A DNA stretch of 64,000 bases, from positions 141,708 to 205,707 of the forward strand of contig JBBRAE010000002.1 in assembly GCA_038207085.1 (NCBI GenBank). The letters run 5' to 3'. Source of the DNA: Armatimonadota bacterium (GTDB taxonomy: Bacteria; Armatimonadota; UBA5829; DTLH01). The notes below the pieces were generated by a model. That model had not been told where the DNA came from, ran no database searches, and was given only the letters and a program-made list of their open reading frames with translations. Positions within the stretch are counted from its first letter, which is position 1, and each line of letters begins with the position of its first letter. Both the position numbers and the translations under genes were made by a program. Below, piece by piece: positions 27,774-37,532 of this stretch.

Positions 27774-28677
27774 CCCGACTCCCCACCAATGAAAAATAGT
27801 AGTCCTCAAGGGTCATCCCCTGAGGAGAAAGCGCGCTCACCCGGAAGCCTTGCCCCACAAGAAACGTGTTTACGTCAGCCGCGTGGCCGTCGCCGGTCTC
27901 GACAAGCAGGTCTTCGCCCTCAACCCTGCACGAGCTTACGATGTCGAGCGTCCGAAGCGCGCTCCATGCCTCGGCAGGCCTGTCTACCGAGACCTTCAGC
28001 TTGCCGCGTCCCGACAGAAGCTCGCTCACCGCGCCGTAGGCAAGCCGCCTGCCCTTGTGGACGACGGCGACCTTGCTGCAGATCAGTTCGACCTCGTTTA
28101 GCAGGTGGCTTGAGAGAAGCACCGTTATGCCGTGGTCCGCCGAAAGGCTCTTGATAAGCTCCCGCACTTCGCGCATCCCTTCGGGGTCGAGCCCCGTCGT
28201 CGGCTCGTCGAGTATCACGAGATCCGGGTTTGAGACAATCGTCCCAGCTATCCCCAGGCGCTGTTTCATGCCGTGGGAGAAGCCCTTGACCTTGTCATGT
28301 GCCCGGCTCCCGAGCCCGACCTTGTCAAGCGCCGCGTCGATCGCCCTCGGGCTCACCCCACCGGCAAGCTCGGCCATCATCCAAAGGTTCTGCCTTGCCG
28401 TGAGATATAGATAAAGCCCCGGGTTTTCTACAAGCGCGCCGACTTTGGATAGCGCGCGCACCCGGTCCCGCCAAACGTCTCGGCCAAACACCCGCACGGT
28501 GCCCCCGGTCGGACGCACAAGCCCGACAATCGCGCGCAAGGTCGTGCTTTTGCCCGCGCCATTTGGCCCGAGAAACCCGAACACATCCCCGCGCTCGACC
28601 GAAAGATCGAGCCCGTCCACCGCCCGCAGTCGCCCGTAATCTTTTCGCAGCCCCGCTGCTTCAACTATGACTTCCAC
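27751..28677 (-). CDS. ABC transporter ATP-binding protein
   Basis: GPNGAGKST, FSHGMKQR, LDEPTTGLDP, SSHLL. Confidence 0.95.
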   Translation of the reverse strand: MEVIVEAAGLRKDYGRLRAVDGLDLSVERGDVFGFLGPNGAGKSTTLRAIVGLVRPTGGTVRVFGRDVWRDRVRALSKVGALVENPGLYLYLTARQNLWMMAELAGGVSPRAIDAALDKVGLGSRAHDKVKGFSHGMKQRLGIAGTIVSNPDLVILDEPTTGLDPEGMREVRELIKSLSADHGITVLLSSHLLNEVELICSKVAVVHKGRRLAYGAVSELLSGRGKLKVSVDRPAEAWSALRTLDIVSSCRVEGEDLLVETGDGHAADVNTFLVGQGFRVSALSPQGMTLEDYYFSLVGSRDDKTAQA

Positions 28678-28697
28678 AGTCGCCCCCGCTGGTCTAC

Positions 28698-28985
28698 TTA
28701 TTTGGACTTGTTGCCGTTCCCGTTTGGATCTTCCAGGGTGTTTTCCACACCTCGAAGCCCCTCAAGGAACCCGGAAAGGAACTCCCGCATGGAGTCGATC
28801 TTGACCAGCACAACCCCCTCTGAAAAGGGATGGCCCATGACAAGAAGCTTGTCCCCTGCGCTTATGCCCATCCGTTTGCGTGCCTCAGCTGGGATAACTA
28901 CCTGTCCGCGCTCTCCGACCGTAACCGCTCCGAAAAACTGTTCTTCCAGCGAGCATTTCTTGTCTGTATTCATCGGCTCGATCAC
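28698..28985 (-). CDS. AbrB/MazE/SpoVT-family DNA-binding regulator
   Basis: VTVGERGQVVIPAEARKRMGISAGDKLLV. Confidence 0.92.
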   Translation of the reverse strand: MIEPMNTDKKCSLEEQFFGAVTVGERGQVVIPAEARKRMGISAGDKLLVMGHPFSEGVVLVKIDSMREFLSGFLEGLRGVENTLEDPNGNGNKSK

Positions 28986-29007
28986 CTCTTTCTTACATCT
29001 GTGTTAT

Positions 29008-29066
29008 ATCATACAAATCATACACTGCGTACAATGCATGATATTCCACACGACACAGCGTGTCAA
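29008..29066 (-). promoter_or_regulatory. Sigma70 promoter TTGACA-N17-TATCAT followed by 9-bp-period direct repeats (candidate operator)
   Basis: -35 at 29061-29066, -10 at 29038-29043; then TTGTACGCA GTGTATGAT TTGTATGAT. Confidence 0.65.
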
Positions 29067-29205
29067 GGGGCGAAACTTATATTATCATTAAGAATGCTCA
29101 TTCGGCAGCATCGGGAGATTGTACCGTCGCTGCGGGAACTTCATGGTACTAGGCCCGTAGTTGGGGCTAATGGAAACGTTCCCGCAGTATACAACGCTGT
29201 CGGCG

Positions 29206-29231
29206 AGGCGGGCACGGCGACCCGCCACTAC
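29206..29231 (-). repeat. GTAG-type REP-like hairpin
   Basis: GTAGTGGCGGGTCGCCGTGCCCGCC; near-identical copy at ~63881-63906. Confidence 0.7.
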
Positions 29232-29319
29232 AGGGAATTGTTCTACAATGGTATAATGGGAGTCGTAACCCGGGAGGAAGGTGCGTTTGCGCTTCCTCCT
29301 TGTTTTGTATATAAGCCAA

Positions 29320-31176
29320 ATGTCAGACTTTATCTCACACAGCATTGTAAATATACTGGACGAACATACCGCAAACCGCATCGCCGCAGGCGAGGTGATT
29401 GAGCGGCCGGCTTCGGTCGTCAAGGAGCTGGTCGAAAACTCGATCGACGCCCACGCGAGCGTTGTGCGCGTCAACCTCGAAGACGGGGGCAAGGAGCTTA
29501 TCCAGATCATCGACAACGGGGTCGGGATGAGCCGGGAGGACGCCGTCGTCGCGCTGCAGAGGCATGCGACTTCGAAGATCAGCTCGGCGGATGATCTTTT
29601 TGCTATCCAAACGCTGGGGTTTCGGGGGGAGGCGCTGCCGTCGATCGCGTCGGTCTCGATGATGGAGATCGTCTCCAAGCACAAGAACGACCCCGCAGCG
29701 ACCAGGCTTGAAGTAGAGGCGGGGACTATCCGCAACCTGGAGTCGGTCGGCGCGCCCGAGGGGACGACTATGTCCGTGCGCCGTCTATTCTTCAACACCC
29801 CCGCGCGCCTCAAGTTTATGCGAAGCGCGCAGACCGAGCTTGGGCATATCACCGAGCTTGTTGGCCGCCTCGCGCTCTCCTACCCAGGTGTCAGCTTCAG
29901 GCTGAACCACGGCGAGCGGGAGGTGTTGTCCGTCACCGGCACAGGGGACGTGCTAGGCGCGGCGGCGAGCGTTTACGGTCGCGATGTGGCAAAACAACTG
30001 ATCCCGGTGGGATATGACTCCCCGGCGATCAAGGTGACGGGGTACGTGTCGCGTCCCTCGTTTACCCGTGCCAACCGGGGCCACCAGGTGTTCTTTGTAA
30101 ATGGCCGCTGCATCAAGAACCGGACGATGAACCACGCCGCCGACCACGCCTACCGCGACTTTATCCTCCAGCCCGGGCGCTACCCCGTCTTGATAATATT
30201 TGTCGAGATGGACCCGATGCTGGTTGATGTAAACGTTCACCCTACCAAGGCAGAGGTCAAGTTCTCAAGCGATCAGGAGATACACCACGTCGTCCACAAG
30301 GCGGTCCGTGAGGCGCTGCTCTCCGGCGGGGCGGTGCCGACGCTTACTGAGGCGCGGACGGCGCGCGGGCCTGTCCCAAGCGAGCCAAGGGCCTTTGCGT
30401 CGCCGCAGGTGCAGCTGATACCCCGGCCTGATGAGTCCGATGTGCAGGCGTTTCGCGAGGCGGTCCAGAGGCGGGTTGAGACGGTAGGTGACCCGTTTGA
30501 CTGGTCTGCGGTGAGGACGACTGCTCCCTCGGCAATGCCCGAAGAGACTCAGGTGCAGACCGAAACGCTCGAGCCTGCGTCGCCTGTGCGTTTGAGAAAT
30601 GTGCGGGTGATCGGGCAGGCGCGCAATATGTATATATTGGCCGAAAGCGACGACGGCCTACTTATCATCGATCAGCACGTCGCCCACGAGCGGGTGCTCT
30701 ACGAACAGCTCAAACGCACCCGCCACGAGGGGCAGGCGATGATGCAGGGGCTGGTGATCCCGATCAACCTTGAGCTCTCACGCCGGGAGGCGATTGTGGT
30801 TACCGAGCGGATCGAGGACCTGCGCGGAATCGGCTTTGAGATCGAGCCCTTCGGCAAGGACGCGTTTGTAGTGCGTGCCACTCCGGCGGACGTGAAGGCC
30901 AAACACGCCGAGCCGCTGTTGCGCGACATCATCGCCGAGCTTGTCGACGTTTCGATCACCAAACACATCCTCGTTCGCCCGGAGCAGGTGCTGATTACCA
31001 CCTCATGCAAGATGGCAGTCAAGGCGGGCGACCCGCTCTCTATGCCGGAGATGAGCGACCTTGTCAGACAGCTTCAGGCGACGGAGAACCCCTTTGTCTG
31101 CCCGCACGGGCGTCCGATTATTATCAGCCTGACGAGCTTTGAGCTGGACCGTAAGTTCAAACGTCCTACGGTTTGA
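29320..31176 (+). CDS. mutL: DNA mismatch repair endonuclease MutL
   Basis: IAAGEVIERPASVVKELVENSIDA, GFRGEAL, DQHVAHERVLYE, CPHGRP. Confidence 0.97.
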   Translation: MSDFISHSIVNILDEHTANRIAAGEVIERPASVVKELVENSIDAHASVVRVNLEDGGKELIQIIDNGVGMSREDAVVALQRHATSKISSADDLFAIQTLGFRGEALPSIASVSMMEIVSKHKNDPAATRLEVEAGTIRNLESVGAPEGTTMSVRRLFFNTPARLKFMRSAQTELGHITELVGRLALSYPGVSFRLNHGEREVLSVTGTGDVLGAAASVYGRDVAKQLIPVGYDSPAIKVTGYVSRPSFTRANRGHQVFFVNGRCIKNRTMNHAADHAYRDFILQPGRYPVLIIFVEMDPMLVDVNVHPTKAEVKFSSDQEIHHVVHKAVREALLSGGAVPTLTEARTARGPVPSEPRAFASPQVQLIPRPDESDVQAFREAVQRRVETVGDPFDWSAVRTTAPSAMPEETQVQTETLEPASPVRLRNVRVIGQARNMYILAESDDGLLIIDQHVAHERVLYEQLKRTRHEGQAMMQGLVIPINLELSRREAIVVTERIEDLRGIGFEIEPFGKDAFVVRATPADVKAKHAEPLLRDIIAELVDVSITKHILVRPEQVLITTSCKMAVKAGDPLSMPEMSDLVRQLQATENPFVCPHGRPIIISLTSFELDRKFKRPTV

Positions 31177-33301
31177 TTGTCCTCGCGCCTTTGAACATAC
31201 CGGCGCCATCTGGGTGCTGGTAGCCGACTATTGCGTCTTCCGCGCCGGGGGCGAGGTCGGCGTGGATGGTCCATTGTGCCTCTTCGCCAGGGTTTAGACT
31301 GTAGGCGAACTGATCCCCTTCTTTGAACGTGACAGCTCCCATTGGCGCGGCCCACAAAAGTATCTTGCCCGTGGCGGGGGCGTCTCCCAGGTTTTTGACC
31401 GAAAGACGGAGCGCGCCGGGATCATCCAGGGGCTCAAGGCGGGTTCGGGTCGTCACTATGCTTGGGGTAACACCCGTCCTTCCCGCATGCGAGAGGTCAA
31501 GCGGGGCGATGCCGAGGCTCTGGGCGGGTGAGTCGGGGGCGAACTCGACCTTCCACCTGCCCGAGATGGTGAGCTTTGGGTCGGCGACTACTGAGCCGTC
31601 GGTGATCTCCATTGGGACCGATGGGTTGATTCCCCAGTCGCCGCCGTAGGAGACCTCGCCCCCCTCTGTGTAGAAGACGTTTCGGGGCATGTGGCCGATA
31701 AAGCCTACAGGGCCGTTTAGCAGGATTCCTCCACGCGCAGAGAACACGTTTCGCTCAAGAGTGAAGCCCTCGCACCTTATAAAGCTCAGGCGGGTGGGCT
31801 CTTCGTCGATGAAGACGTTTTCCCGGAGCATGTTGCCGCGCGACATGTGGTTGTGGGTCGGCCAGCCGGTGTTCAGGGCGAGATTGCGCTCAACTACGCC
31901 TCTCTCGGTCTGCTCGTCCAGGTAATAGGCGTGGGCGACCCCGCCGCTTGTGCCGACTGTCACGTTTTCGCGGATCGTGACGCCCTTTCCAAATATGCTG
32001 TATATCGCCGCGCCGTCGTCAAGGACGGTCATGATGTTGTAAAAGAGATTGGCCTCCATGACTGACTCTGATGATCCGCCGCCGATTGCGGTGTAGGTGA
32101 TGTCGTGGAGCTCGTTGTGCCGGATGTTAAACCCCTGGCCGCCGATGTATATCCCCTCGCCGCTTGGGTAGGTGACGCCGATGTGGTGGATGTGGTTTTC
32201 TTCGACGAGCGCGCCGTCGGTTCGCAACAGGTAGACGCCGCCCGCGCCGGTGTTGGAGACCTCGCAGCCGCGGATGGTGATATCCCTCGATCGCAGGAAC
32301 TTGACCCCCTGGCCTCCTACTCCAGTGATCGAGAGGTTCTCAATCAGGCAGGAGCTAACGTGTTGAGCCGAAATCGCGCCGCTGAAGCGTGCGGCGGCAA
32401 AGTCTCCGGCCTCCAAGGGGGTAGTCGTTGCGGTGAGGGTCAGACCGCGCAGCGTTATGTTTTCGATGGGCCGCGACTTCTCGCCCCGGAGCTCTATGAT
32501 CGACTCGCTTGTCGGGGTGATTACCTCGACCGACTCCATGTTCTCGCCCGGGAGGGGGCGGTAGCAGAGCACGCCTGCAGTCCGGTCCAGACACCACTGG
32601 CCGGGCCTGGTGAGCCCCGCGCGGATGTTCCAGACTACGTAACACTGGGCCTTGGGGTTGTCCGCGGTGAGAAACGAGCCAGCGGGGTGGCCTGCGAGGC
32701 TCGAGAAGTGTACGGTGTGGGTGTCTTGGTCTATTGAGGCGACCCCGACGACCGATTCGTCCCATTGGTGGTGGATCGTGATCTCTGCGCTTGTGATGTC
32801 CGGCCATAGGGCGAGGTCACCGGGGCGATATATGAGCTCGGAGAGCTCCTGCTCGGTCGGTTTTCGCTCCCAGCCGCCGTCTGTGGAGCTGAGCCAGGTG
32901 ACGTCAAAGTGCGAGAGGTGCCGAAGTGCGCCGGTTTCGGGGTAGCGGGAGCGGGTGCGAAGCGAACCGTTGACCAGGAGGTGACGGAAGTCCCACTTTC
33001 TCGCTGCTACCTCGGGAAGCTCGACTTGCCAGACTCCGTCCTCACACTCTTTCCAGCCAGTGACCATCCTTCCGCCTGCGAGAATGACCTCTTCACCCGC
33101 CGCAGCCTCGATCGTGAGCCCTGAGTCCTCGGGGGTGAGCAGGGCGGAGGTGTTGAAGTATTTCCCGGCGCGGATGACGGTCTTTTTCTCACCCGCTGAA
33201 GCTCTTGCGGCTTCGATCGCTTTCTGGAGGGTGGCAAAGGGCTTCTGCTCGGTCCCGGCGTGCTCGTCGTGTCCGAACGGTGAAACGTAGAAATCTGACA
33301 T
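31166..33301 (-). CDS. Right-handed parallel beta-helix protein (putative glycoside hydrolase/lyase)
   Basis: FYVSP.G.D...GT..KPFATL..A N-terminus; repeated NxIxNNxI-type strands; DDGAAIY, YYLDE. Confidence 0.8.
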   Translation of the reverse strand: MSDFYVSPFGHDEHAGTEQKPFATLQKAIEAARASAGEKKTVIRAGKYFNTSALLTPEDSGLTIEAAAGEEVILAGGRMVTGWKECEDGVWQVELPEVAARKWDFRHLLVNGSLRTRSRYPETGALRHLSHFDVTWLSSTDGGWERKPTEQELSELIYRPGDLALWPDITSAEITIHHQWDESVVGVASIDQDTHTVHFSSLAGHPAGSFLTADNPKAQCYVVWNIRAGLTRPGQWCLDRTAGVLCYRPLPGENMESVEVITPTSESIIELRGEKSRPIENITLRGLTLTATTTPLEAGDFAAARFSGAISAQHVSSCLIENLSITGVGGQGVKFLRSRDITIRGCEVSNTGAGGVYLLRTDGALVEENHIHHIGVTYPSGEGIYIGGQGFNIRHNELHDITYTAIGGGSSESVMEANLFYNIMTVLDDGAAIYSIFGKGVTIRENVTVGTSGGVAHAYYLDEQTERGVVERNLALNTGWPTHNHMSRGNMLRENVFIDEEPTRLSFIRCEGFTLERNVFSARGGILLNGPVGFIGHMPRNVFYTEGGEVSYGGDWGINPSVPMEITDGSVVADPKLTISGRWKVEFAPDSPAQSLGIAPLDLSHAGRTGVTPSIVTTRTRLEPLDDPGALRLSVKNLGDAPATGKILLWAAPMGAVTFKEGDQFAYSLNPGEEAQWTIHADLAPGAEDAIVGYQHPDGAGMFKGARTIKP

Positions 33302-33399
33302 GACAGAAAACCTCTTGACTGGGTGCGAAAATGGTGGGGAAGCGCAAGTCTCCCGGCATAGGGTTAACGAGATATCAGGCGAATTCCTTCATTGCTAAT

Positions 33400-36300
33400 T
33401 TATTTTTGTGGGTTCTCCGGCACGCGCCACTCTGCAGCGTCTTCTTTGGTGGGGGCGGCGACTAGCATTTTTGTGCCGTAGGGCTCGGTAAAGGTTATCT
33501 CGGCTGCACCGTCTGTGGAGTTGACCGGCTCGCCGGTTTCGGCGTCCATCCACGCGCGGCAGTTCGCAAAGCTCACCTTGGCGGTTGTGGGCTCGGGGCT
33601 GTAGCTTTGCAGGACGAGCATTGCGCGGGGCTCGCTTGTCCGGCGCATCGCGAGCCACTTTACCTGCTCGTTTGAGATGTAGACTGGTGGGTTTTCCGAC
33701 CAATAGTTGAATACTTCGACTTCGGGCTTGCCGTAACCGAAGGCTAGTATGAAGCGGTCGAGCGAGTCGTTCCAGGGGTCGAGGCGGTTGCCGATCTCGT
33801 GCACGAGGCGCATCCCCCATTCGCGCCGGGGGGTGGCGTCTGTTCCACCGATCGAAAAATGAGCGTGGGCCGGGACGCCGACTTGCCTGCCGACGGTCTC
33901 GGTCAGTAGCAGGTCGGGGGGCATGACTATGCTCTTCTTGCCGGTCGCGGGGTCAGAGATCGACCACTCGAGGTCGAGGTTCGCGGTGGTCCAGGTGTTT
34001 AGCGGCAGGACTAGCGTGTTTGTCATGTGCTGGGTGAACCAGACCGGTGGGGTCATTCCGCGCTCGTTGTACTCATTTATGAGGGCCCAGATGCGCTTGT
34101 AGTACTCGCGTTGCGCCCAGATCGTCACAGCGGGCTGGATTTGGCCTGTTTCGGTCAGGTGCGCATCGGACATGGTCGGGCTAAAGCTTGTGTGGGGCCA
34201 GGTGTTGTCGAAGTAGAGGCTCACCCCGCGCTTCAGGAGTTCGTTTGCGTAGTAGACCGAGAAGTCGACCAGGCTTGGACAAAACGTGTTGCCGATGGCC
34301 TGGCCAGTCTGTCCGGTCGCGAGCTGGTGGGGGGAATCGTAGACGACGCGGGAGGTTTCGCGCCGGGGCCACGCGCCGCTATACTCGCGGGCCATCCACT
34401 CGTCTGAGAACTGGTCGAAGTCGTGGTGGTTTGGGTTGGTCCAGTGCTCTTCGAAATAGTTGGTGGTCCAAGTTGGGCAGGCTTTCCACTTGGCGAGCCA
34501 TGCGTAAGGGGCGGCGTTTTCGGGCCAACCCTGGGCTTCAAGCTCGCGGGCTTTGTCGTCGAGGAACGTGAGGTCTGCGGGCGAGGCGCTGGTTTCGCGC
34601 TTCTTGGCGCTGATGAAGCTGTCGACAAGCGACATATCCCCGCCGAAGGGGAACTTGTCGCAGCAGAACATCGCCCCGATCACGCTCATCCGGCCCCAGC
34701 TTGCGAAGCGGTCTACGGCTCGGAAGTCGGGCATCATGGGCCGGGTCGGGGATGCCTGCAGGCCGAAGACCAGGCTGCGCGGGGCGGTGATGGTGGTCGG
34801 TTTGTTGATAATATAGATTCGCAGCACCAGCTTGCCCTTTTCGCGGGTCAGGACCTGAGCGGGTTTTTGGGTGTCCGGGAGCCACCCCTTGTCGCTTTCG
34901 GCAAACCAGGCGAGACCACGCTCGGGGCCGCCGAGCCAGATGTAGGGGATGAATGGGTTGACGCTGAAGACCTTGTCCGGGCGTATGTTTTCGCTCGTCC
35001 AGATGACGCCGTCCCGGCTTTCGGTGCCGGGTTGCACGCTCCAAGTTGGCGGGCGCTTGTCGATAAACTCGGGCTGGCCGGTCTCCCAGACGATTTTGCC
35101 GCCGCTTGGAGTGCGCCCCGCGTAGTTTCGACGGATGTTGTTGAAGACTGTGTAGTGAAAGAGCGGCGTTTCGCTTTCGAGGTAGGGGATCTCGATCCAC
35201 ATTCGCCGGACCTCTTCGGGGAGGCTCCCGGGCTTGATCTGCATCTCGACTTTGGCGCAGCCGTCGTACTCCACGCTTGTCTTTGACTCGACCCTGAGCG
35301 CGCCTGCGTCGGCGCGGGATTCGTAGACTGCGAGGTGGGGCTCGGCTGTTGTGAAGTAGCCGCCGGTCACTTCCCAGCTTTTCATGCCCTCAGCAGTCTC
35401 GCATCTTAGCGCGATATTGTCTGCGAGGATGTCGCGGCCCAGGCTTACGACCCGGTTGAACATGCCAAAGCCATTCATCTCGTACCTTCGCCCGCTTGAC
35501 AGCATCACCTCGTGCATAGTGACCGAGAGCGGCTCAAATGGTGGGTAGATCTTGTCGCTTACGCCCAGGCGGTTGTTCTCCCAGACGGTGCGAGCCCGTT
35601 CAAGGGGTATTGCCGCCGCCCGCGTGCCTCCGTGGAGGGTGATTCGGGTCTCGTAGACGCCGTCTTTTAAGTTGGGGAGCGTGATCGTTGTCTCGGCGTA
35701 TTTTCTTTGGTCGAATTCGAGCTGTGCGCGGGCGATCTCCTCGCCGGTGCGCCTTGATATTACCTTCGCCGTCGCCGCGCTCACCCCTCGGACTTCGTCG
35801 GGGTAGGGGTAGGTGGAGAGGTCTGCCGCGACCAGCAGCTTGCCTGAGGTAGGGTAGAACGAAATCTGGCAGCTTCGTGCGAGGAGCTCTTCTCGAAGCG
35901 TTGGTGCGTCGCCGAGGGCGATCACTTCTGAGGCGGGCAATAGCTCTCGGGTGCGCTCGTCGACCGGGTTTGCCGATTCCTTCGCACTCACCTGCGAGGA
36001 GCGGGCGTAGCCAAACTTGCCAGCAGAGACGACGTTTCCGCGTGAGCCCGAGAGCGTGCGCGTGGCTAGGGTGTCGTCGCGCCCGATGTAGAGGACGGCC
36101 CCGCCGGAGACTTGGACGCTCTCGAACTTGTAGGAGGACGGGCCGAGGTCGCGAAGGCTCGTGCAGATGTCGTTCATTGAGCGGCTTGAGCCGCCGTTGT
36201 TAGCGACAATGAGCGCGCCTGCGCTCTTGCCCGGGGTCTTGACGTACACCGTGCCTGCCGCAGCCTTTGGGGACCACTTTCCGGCCCCACCGAACGCCTG

Positions 36301-37356
36301 CAGGCGGACGAATGTTGACTTTGCGCCGGTCAAAACGACCGAAACCCTTCCCCCGCCACCTCCGCCTCTTCCCTGGCCGAGGCCGGGGGCGTCGCTTCCG
36401 TTTGCACTGACGACACCGCTTCCGACAAGCGCGAAGGTCTTTATGTAGACGGAGCCTCCGCTTGCGCCGGTCTCGCCTGCAAGCCCGCCATCAGCGGATA
36501 TTTTGCCGTGGAGCACCGTTTTGCCTTTGACTGCGAGCCTGATCGCCCCGCCTCCGAAGGCCCCTTTGCAGGTGTAGAGGCTTGCCTTTTCGCTCCAGAC
36601 CTCGCCTGGGTTCCCGAGCACCTTTGCGCCGCTTCCCAGGCTCGTGGGCTCGGTTATGGAGCCGTAGGCGCCGCCTGCGGGGAACTGCCACCTGCCGGAG
36701 CCCGGTGGGTCGGTCCAAGACCAGTGGGGGTGGCCGGTGAATCGGCCTTTGGGGTCGCGGTAGACTCCCGCGCCGCGCCCACCGTGGCCTGCGCCTGCGG
36801 GGGAGAGAAGCATCCCTGAGTCGGTGTGCCAGGTGGGGATTGTGGGGGTGCCGGGGCCTTCGGCGAATCCCTGTGCGTCGGCGCTTATGCTTCCAAGGAC
36901 GGTGAGGCTTCCCCCGACAGTGATCGTGCGGCCCCTGCCTTCCCCCGCAGTCGATGACCTCGTGCAGATGATGGAGGCCCCCTTGGCGACTGATGTGTTC
37001 CCTGCGACGTAGAGCGCGCCGCGTTGGTCAGGCGTAAAGCTCCACGTGCCGCCGAGGATTCTCAAATCGGCCTTGACCTTGAGGTCACGCTCCTGGGTGA
37101 TCGTTCCTTTGTAGCCAGGGAGCACTTTGACGGTGCCGACTTGGCCCGCGTAGGACTTGTCGATGGTTGCGTCGCTTGGCGCTCGACCATCGAATATGGC
37201 TGTGTCGGCGGGGCCGGGGACGCCTCCCTTCCAGTTGGCTGCGTCTGACCACACGCCCGGTTTTGTGGCGGCCCAGAAACGGTCGGCGGCCCCTGCTGCA
37301 AGCGTTTGTGCGAGGAGCAATAGGGCAATCAGGGTGCATCGGGTGTTCCGGGACAT
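33400..37356 (-). CDS. Large secreted protein: Gly-rich beta-solenoid N-terminus plus DUF6067-like putative glycoside hydrolase domain
   Basis: GGAGG RBS before ATG 37356; signal peptide; GAGHGG..YGS..P.SLGSG..GGGAI repeats; PYIWLGGPERGLAWFAESDKGW, FGLQASP, YFDN. Confidence 0.7.
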   Translation of the reverse strand: MSRNTRCTLIALLLLAQTLAAGAADRFWAATKPGVWSDAANWKGGVPGPADTAIFDGRAPSDATIDKSYAGQVGTVKVLPGYKGTITQERDLKVKADLRILGGTWSFTPDQRGALYVAGNTSVAKGASIICTRSSTAGEGRGRTITVGGSLTVLGSISADAQGFAEGPGTPTIPTWHTDSGMLLSPAGAGHGGRGAGVYRDPKGRFTGHPHWSWTDPPGSGRWQFPAGGAYGSITEPTSLGSGAKVLGNPGEVWSEKASLYTCKGAFGGGAIRLAVKGKTVLHGKISADGGLAGETGASGGSVYIKTFALVGSGVVSANGSDAPGLGQGRGGGGGGRVSVVLTGAKSTFVRLQAFGGAGKWSPKAAAGTVYVKTPGKSAGALIVANNGGSSRSMNDICTSLRDLGPSSYKFESVQVSGGAVLYIGRDDTLATRTLSGSRGNVVSAGKFGYARSSQVSAKESANPVDERTRELLPASEVIALGDAPTLREELLARSCQISFYPTSGKLLVAADLSTYPYPDEVRGVSAATAKVISRRTGEEIARAQLEFDQRKYAETTITLPNLKDGVYETRITLHGGTRAAAIPLERARTVWENNRLGVSDKIYPPFEPLSVTMHEVMLSSGRRYEMNGFGMFNRVVSLGRDILADNIALRCETAEGMKSWEVTGGYFTTAEPHLAVYESRADAGALRVESKTSVEYDGCAKVEMQIKPGSLPEEVRRMWIEIPYLESETPLFHYTVFNNIRRNYAGRTPSGGKIVWETGQPEFIDKRPPTWSVQPGTESRDGVIWTSENIRPDKVFSVNPFIPYIWLGGPERGLAWFAESDKGWLPDTQKPAQVLTREKGKLVLRIYIINKPTTITAPRSLVFGLQASPTRPMMPDFRAVDRFASWGRMSVIGAMFCCDKFPFGGDMSLVDSFISAKKRETSASPADLTFLDDKARELEAQGWPENAAPYAWLAKWKACPTWTTNYFEEHWTNPNHHDFDQFSDEWMAREYSGAWPRRETSRVVYDSPHQLATGQTGQAIGNTFCPSLVDFSVYYANELLKRGVSLYFDNTWPHTSFSPTMSDAHLTETGQIQPAVTIWAQREYYKRIWALINEYNERGMTPPVWFTQHMTNTLVLPLNTWTTANLDLEWSISDPATGKKSIVMPPDLLLTETVGRQVGVPAHAHFSIGGTDATPRREWGMRLVHEIGNRLDPWNDSLDRFILAFGYGKPEVEVFNYWSENPPVYISNEQVKWLAMRRTSEPRAMLVLQSYSPEPTTAKVSFANCRAWMDAETGEPVNSTDGAAEITFTEPYGTKMLVAAPTKEDAAEWRVPENPQK

Positions 37357-37470
37357 ACGGGTCATCCTCCGTTGGAGCGGGTGTCTAACAAGAGTAAAGC
37401 AGAGAGTGGGGAAGTTTGTCAATGTTGAGGTGGCTGACTTTATTTGGGGTGTTTGCCTATTGTCCCAAAA

Positions 37471-37500
37471 CAAAGCGGCGTCGAGCCGCCGCACTCCACA
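37471..37500 (-). repeat. TGGAGTGCGG-type REP-like hairpin (single)
   Basis: TGTGGAGTGCGGCGGCTCGACGCCGCTTTG; same family as the arms at 39491 and 59198. Confidence 0.75.
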
Positions 37501-37532
37501 ACGTAGTATAATAAGAGCCAGGAGGGCATGTT

